Source: a virus
IMG/VR virus record: IMGVR_UViG_3300029495_000074
Length of the DNA stretch: 6,070 nucleotides
Direction: 5' to 3' (one strand)
The notes beneath the pieces were generated by a model that made no database searches, was not told where the DNA came from, and saw only the letters and a list, made by a program, of their open reading frames with translations. Position 1 is the first letter of the stretch, and each line of letters starts with the position of its first letter. This document shows positions 5,170-6,070 of the stretch, piece by piece. Position numbers and translations under genes: made by a program.

Positions 5170-5253
5170 TTTCCACTACCTCTACTACTACTCCTACAAC
5201 AAGTTATATATTATACGGCGCTTGTGAGCTTGCGAACAATAGCGCCTAAGAGC

Positions 5254-5296
5254 CGCGCGTGCGCGCGTGCGCGCTTCGCGCGCGTGCGCACGTGCG
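5254..5296. other. GC-rich alternating pyrimidine-purine (CG/TG) inverted repeat: a 20-bp hairpin and Z-DNA-prone tract.
   Basis: 5254..5274 (21 nt) and 5277..5296 (20 nt) each alternate Py-Pu perfectly. On the plus strand 5254..5273 pairs with 5296..5277 as 17 Watson-Crick plus 3 G-T pairs with a CTT loop. On the minus strand the three wobbles become A-C mismatches. Confidence 0.8.
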
Positions 5297-5318
5297 ATAA
5301 GAGATAGCTATTTGATAG

Positions 5319-5358
5319 ACCTAGCCCAGTATCTTACTTGATAGGTACTGGGCTAGGT
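5319..5358. other. Perfect 13-bp inverted repeat (stem-loop) 16 nt downstream of the Rep stop. Candidate origin or terminator structure.
   Basis: ACCTAGCCCAGTA (5319..5331) pairs with TACTGGGCTAGGT (5346..5358). The 14-nt loop is TCTTACTTGATAGG, which can tighten to an 8-nt loop TACTTGAT through three further pairs (5332-5345 G-T wobble, 5333-5344, 5334-5343). Confidence 0.8.
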
Positions 5359-5373
5359 GACACTATGACACTG

Positions 5374-6070
5374 TTAAAGTGTCCCTCTCTTCTTCGTTTG
5401 CTTCTTGATTACTCTCTCCCTCGTTTTACACTGTTCTGCAAAGTCTGTGTTCTCATACTTTAGCCGGTTTTCTGCTATCGCTGCTTCTTGTCTGTTCTGT
5501 TTAATTCTCCACAATCTTTGTGGGTTTTCAGCTTCCATTTTCTTTTCATAGTATCGTGGTATCTGCGCGTGCTTTCCGTTTGTACACTGTATATAGCCTT
5601 GTCTCCAGATTTCTGCTTTGTGTTTTTCGTAATAGTTGTCTCCTAAACCCGGCTTTAGGCTCATACATGCAAATGGTTTTGCTTGCCCTAGCTCGTAGTA
5701 TGCGTTTGCTTTTTGACCGTCTATCTCATACATTTTTTTTGTGACGTATCCAGCAACATATCTATATGTTTCCGGCACTGCTTGTGCTATCTGTATTTGA
5801 CCCATGCCCCATAGGTCTGCTAGCCATTTACTTGTAAAGTATCCGTTGTGTTGTATCTTGTATAGGTGTTCTAGGTCTGTTGGTTGCCATCCATACAAGA
5901 TCATGTGGTAATGTGGTCTTGCTGTCTGTTCTCCGTATTCTCCCGCTACAAAATAGCGTAATTTGCCCCTGTAAGCCTTTCTGAGCCGTTTTAAAAATTT
6001 TTGAACGTCAGGATACAGTAACGTTTGGACGCTTTCAGGGCGCTTCTCTCCCGGCTTCCAGACGTATTGC
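5374..6070 (-). CDS. VP4: Replication initiation protein VP4, C-terminal part. 5948..6070 duplicates codons already listed in 1..123.
   Basis: The track ORF 5374..5904 stays open upstream to the window end: ...RYFVAGEYGEQTARPHYHMILYGW... It carries the HUH motif (HYH) and the catalytic tyrosine region YRYVAGYVTKKMY. The stop TAA is at 5374..5376. Confidence 0.9.
   Translation of the reverse strand, partial: QYVWKPGEKRPESVQTLLYPDVQKFLKRLRKAYRGKLRYFVAGEYGEQTARPHYHMILYGWQPTDLEHLYKIQHNGYFTSKWLADLWGMGQIQIAQAVPETYRYVAGYVTKKMYEIDGQKANAYYELGQAKPFACMSLKPGLGDNYYEKHKAEIWRQGYIQCTNGKHAQIPRYYEKKMEAENPQRLWRIKQNRQEAAIAENRLKYENTDFAEQCKTRERVIKKQTKKRGTL
5948..6070. repeat. Terminal direct repeat, copy 2 (redundant with 1..123).
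   Basis: Same 123-nt string as 1..123, so position 5948 is equivalent to position 1. Confidence 0.95.

Noticed and set aside
1020-5744. All plus-strand ORFs in the track (1020..1301, 1282..1713, 1763..2047, 2927..3172, 3001..3279, 3298..3705, 3305..3514, 3573..3824, 3659..3913, 3895..4128, 4326..4514, 4690..4956, 5520..5744), several of which look hydrophobic or membrane-like.
   Set aside because: They lie antisense to well-supported minus-strand genes. Their Phe/Leu/Cys/Ser-rich composition is what a T-rich antisense strand produces. None has a convincing SD (4690 even needs a TTG start). Microviridae are transcribed from one strand.
1-6070. A search by eye for tRNA, rRNA, CRISPR arrays, integrase or attachment sites, and IS elements.
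   Set aside because: None was found. The only regularly spaced repeats (5003..5169) have 8 to 12-bp periodicity with no spacers of CRISPR size. There is no integrase or transposase-like ORF and no cloverleaf-capable segment.

Overview
The window holds one complete, circularly permuted Microviridae (Gokushovirinae-like) ssDNA phage genome. Bases 1..123 are identical to 5948..6070, so the unit genome is 5947 nt and the 123 nt are an assembly overlap. All supported genes lie on the minus strand in one tightly packed operon. Reading along the minus strand, the order is: consensus promoter (4808..4836), 74-aa orphan, Peptidase_M15-type cell-wall hydrolase, 38-aa orphan, 75-aa orphan, 33-aa basic VP8/J-like protein, VP5-like protein, VP3 scaffold, VP1 major capsid (GTG start), terminator hairpin, VP2 pilot protein, VP4 Rep. 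Rep starts at 446 in an ATGA overlap with the VP2 stop and wraps through the window junction to 5374. Two small genes (33 aa and 38 aa) are absent from the supplied ORF track, as is the Rep N-terminus, which runs off the window start. The unusual part is about 1.6 kb between Rep and VP8/VP5. It comprises a four-ORF accessory cassette carrying a zinc peptidoglycan peptidase with no recognisable holin or signal peptide, plus a 614-bp noncoding region. That noncoding region contains a nine-copy yTTTCAACA repeat array, a 43-nt alternating CG/TG hairpin (Z-DNA-prone), a perfect 13-bp hairpin with a phiX174-nick-site-like ACTTGATA in its loop, and recurring TAGCGT motifs. No tRNA, rRNA, CRISPR array or transposable element was seen.
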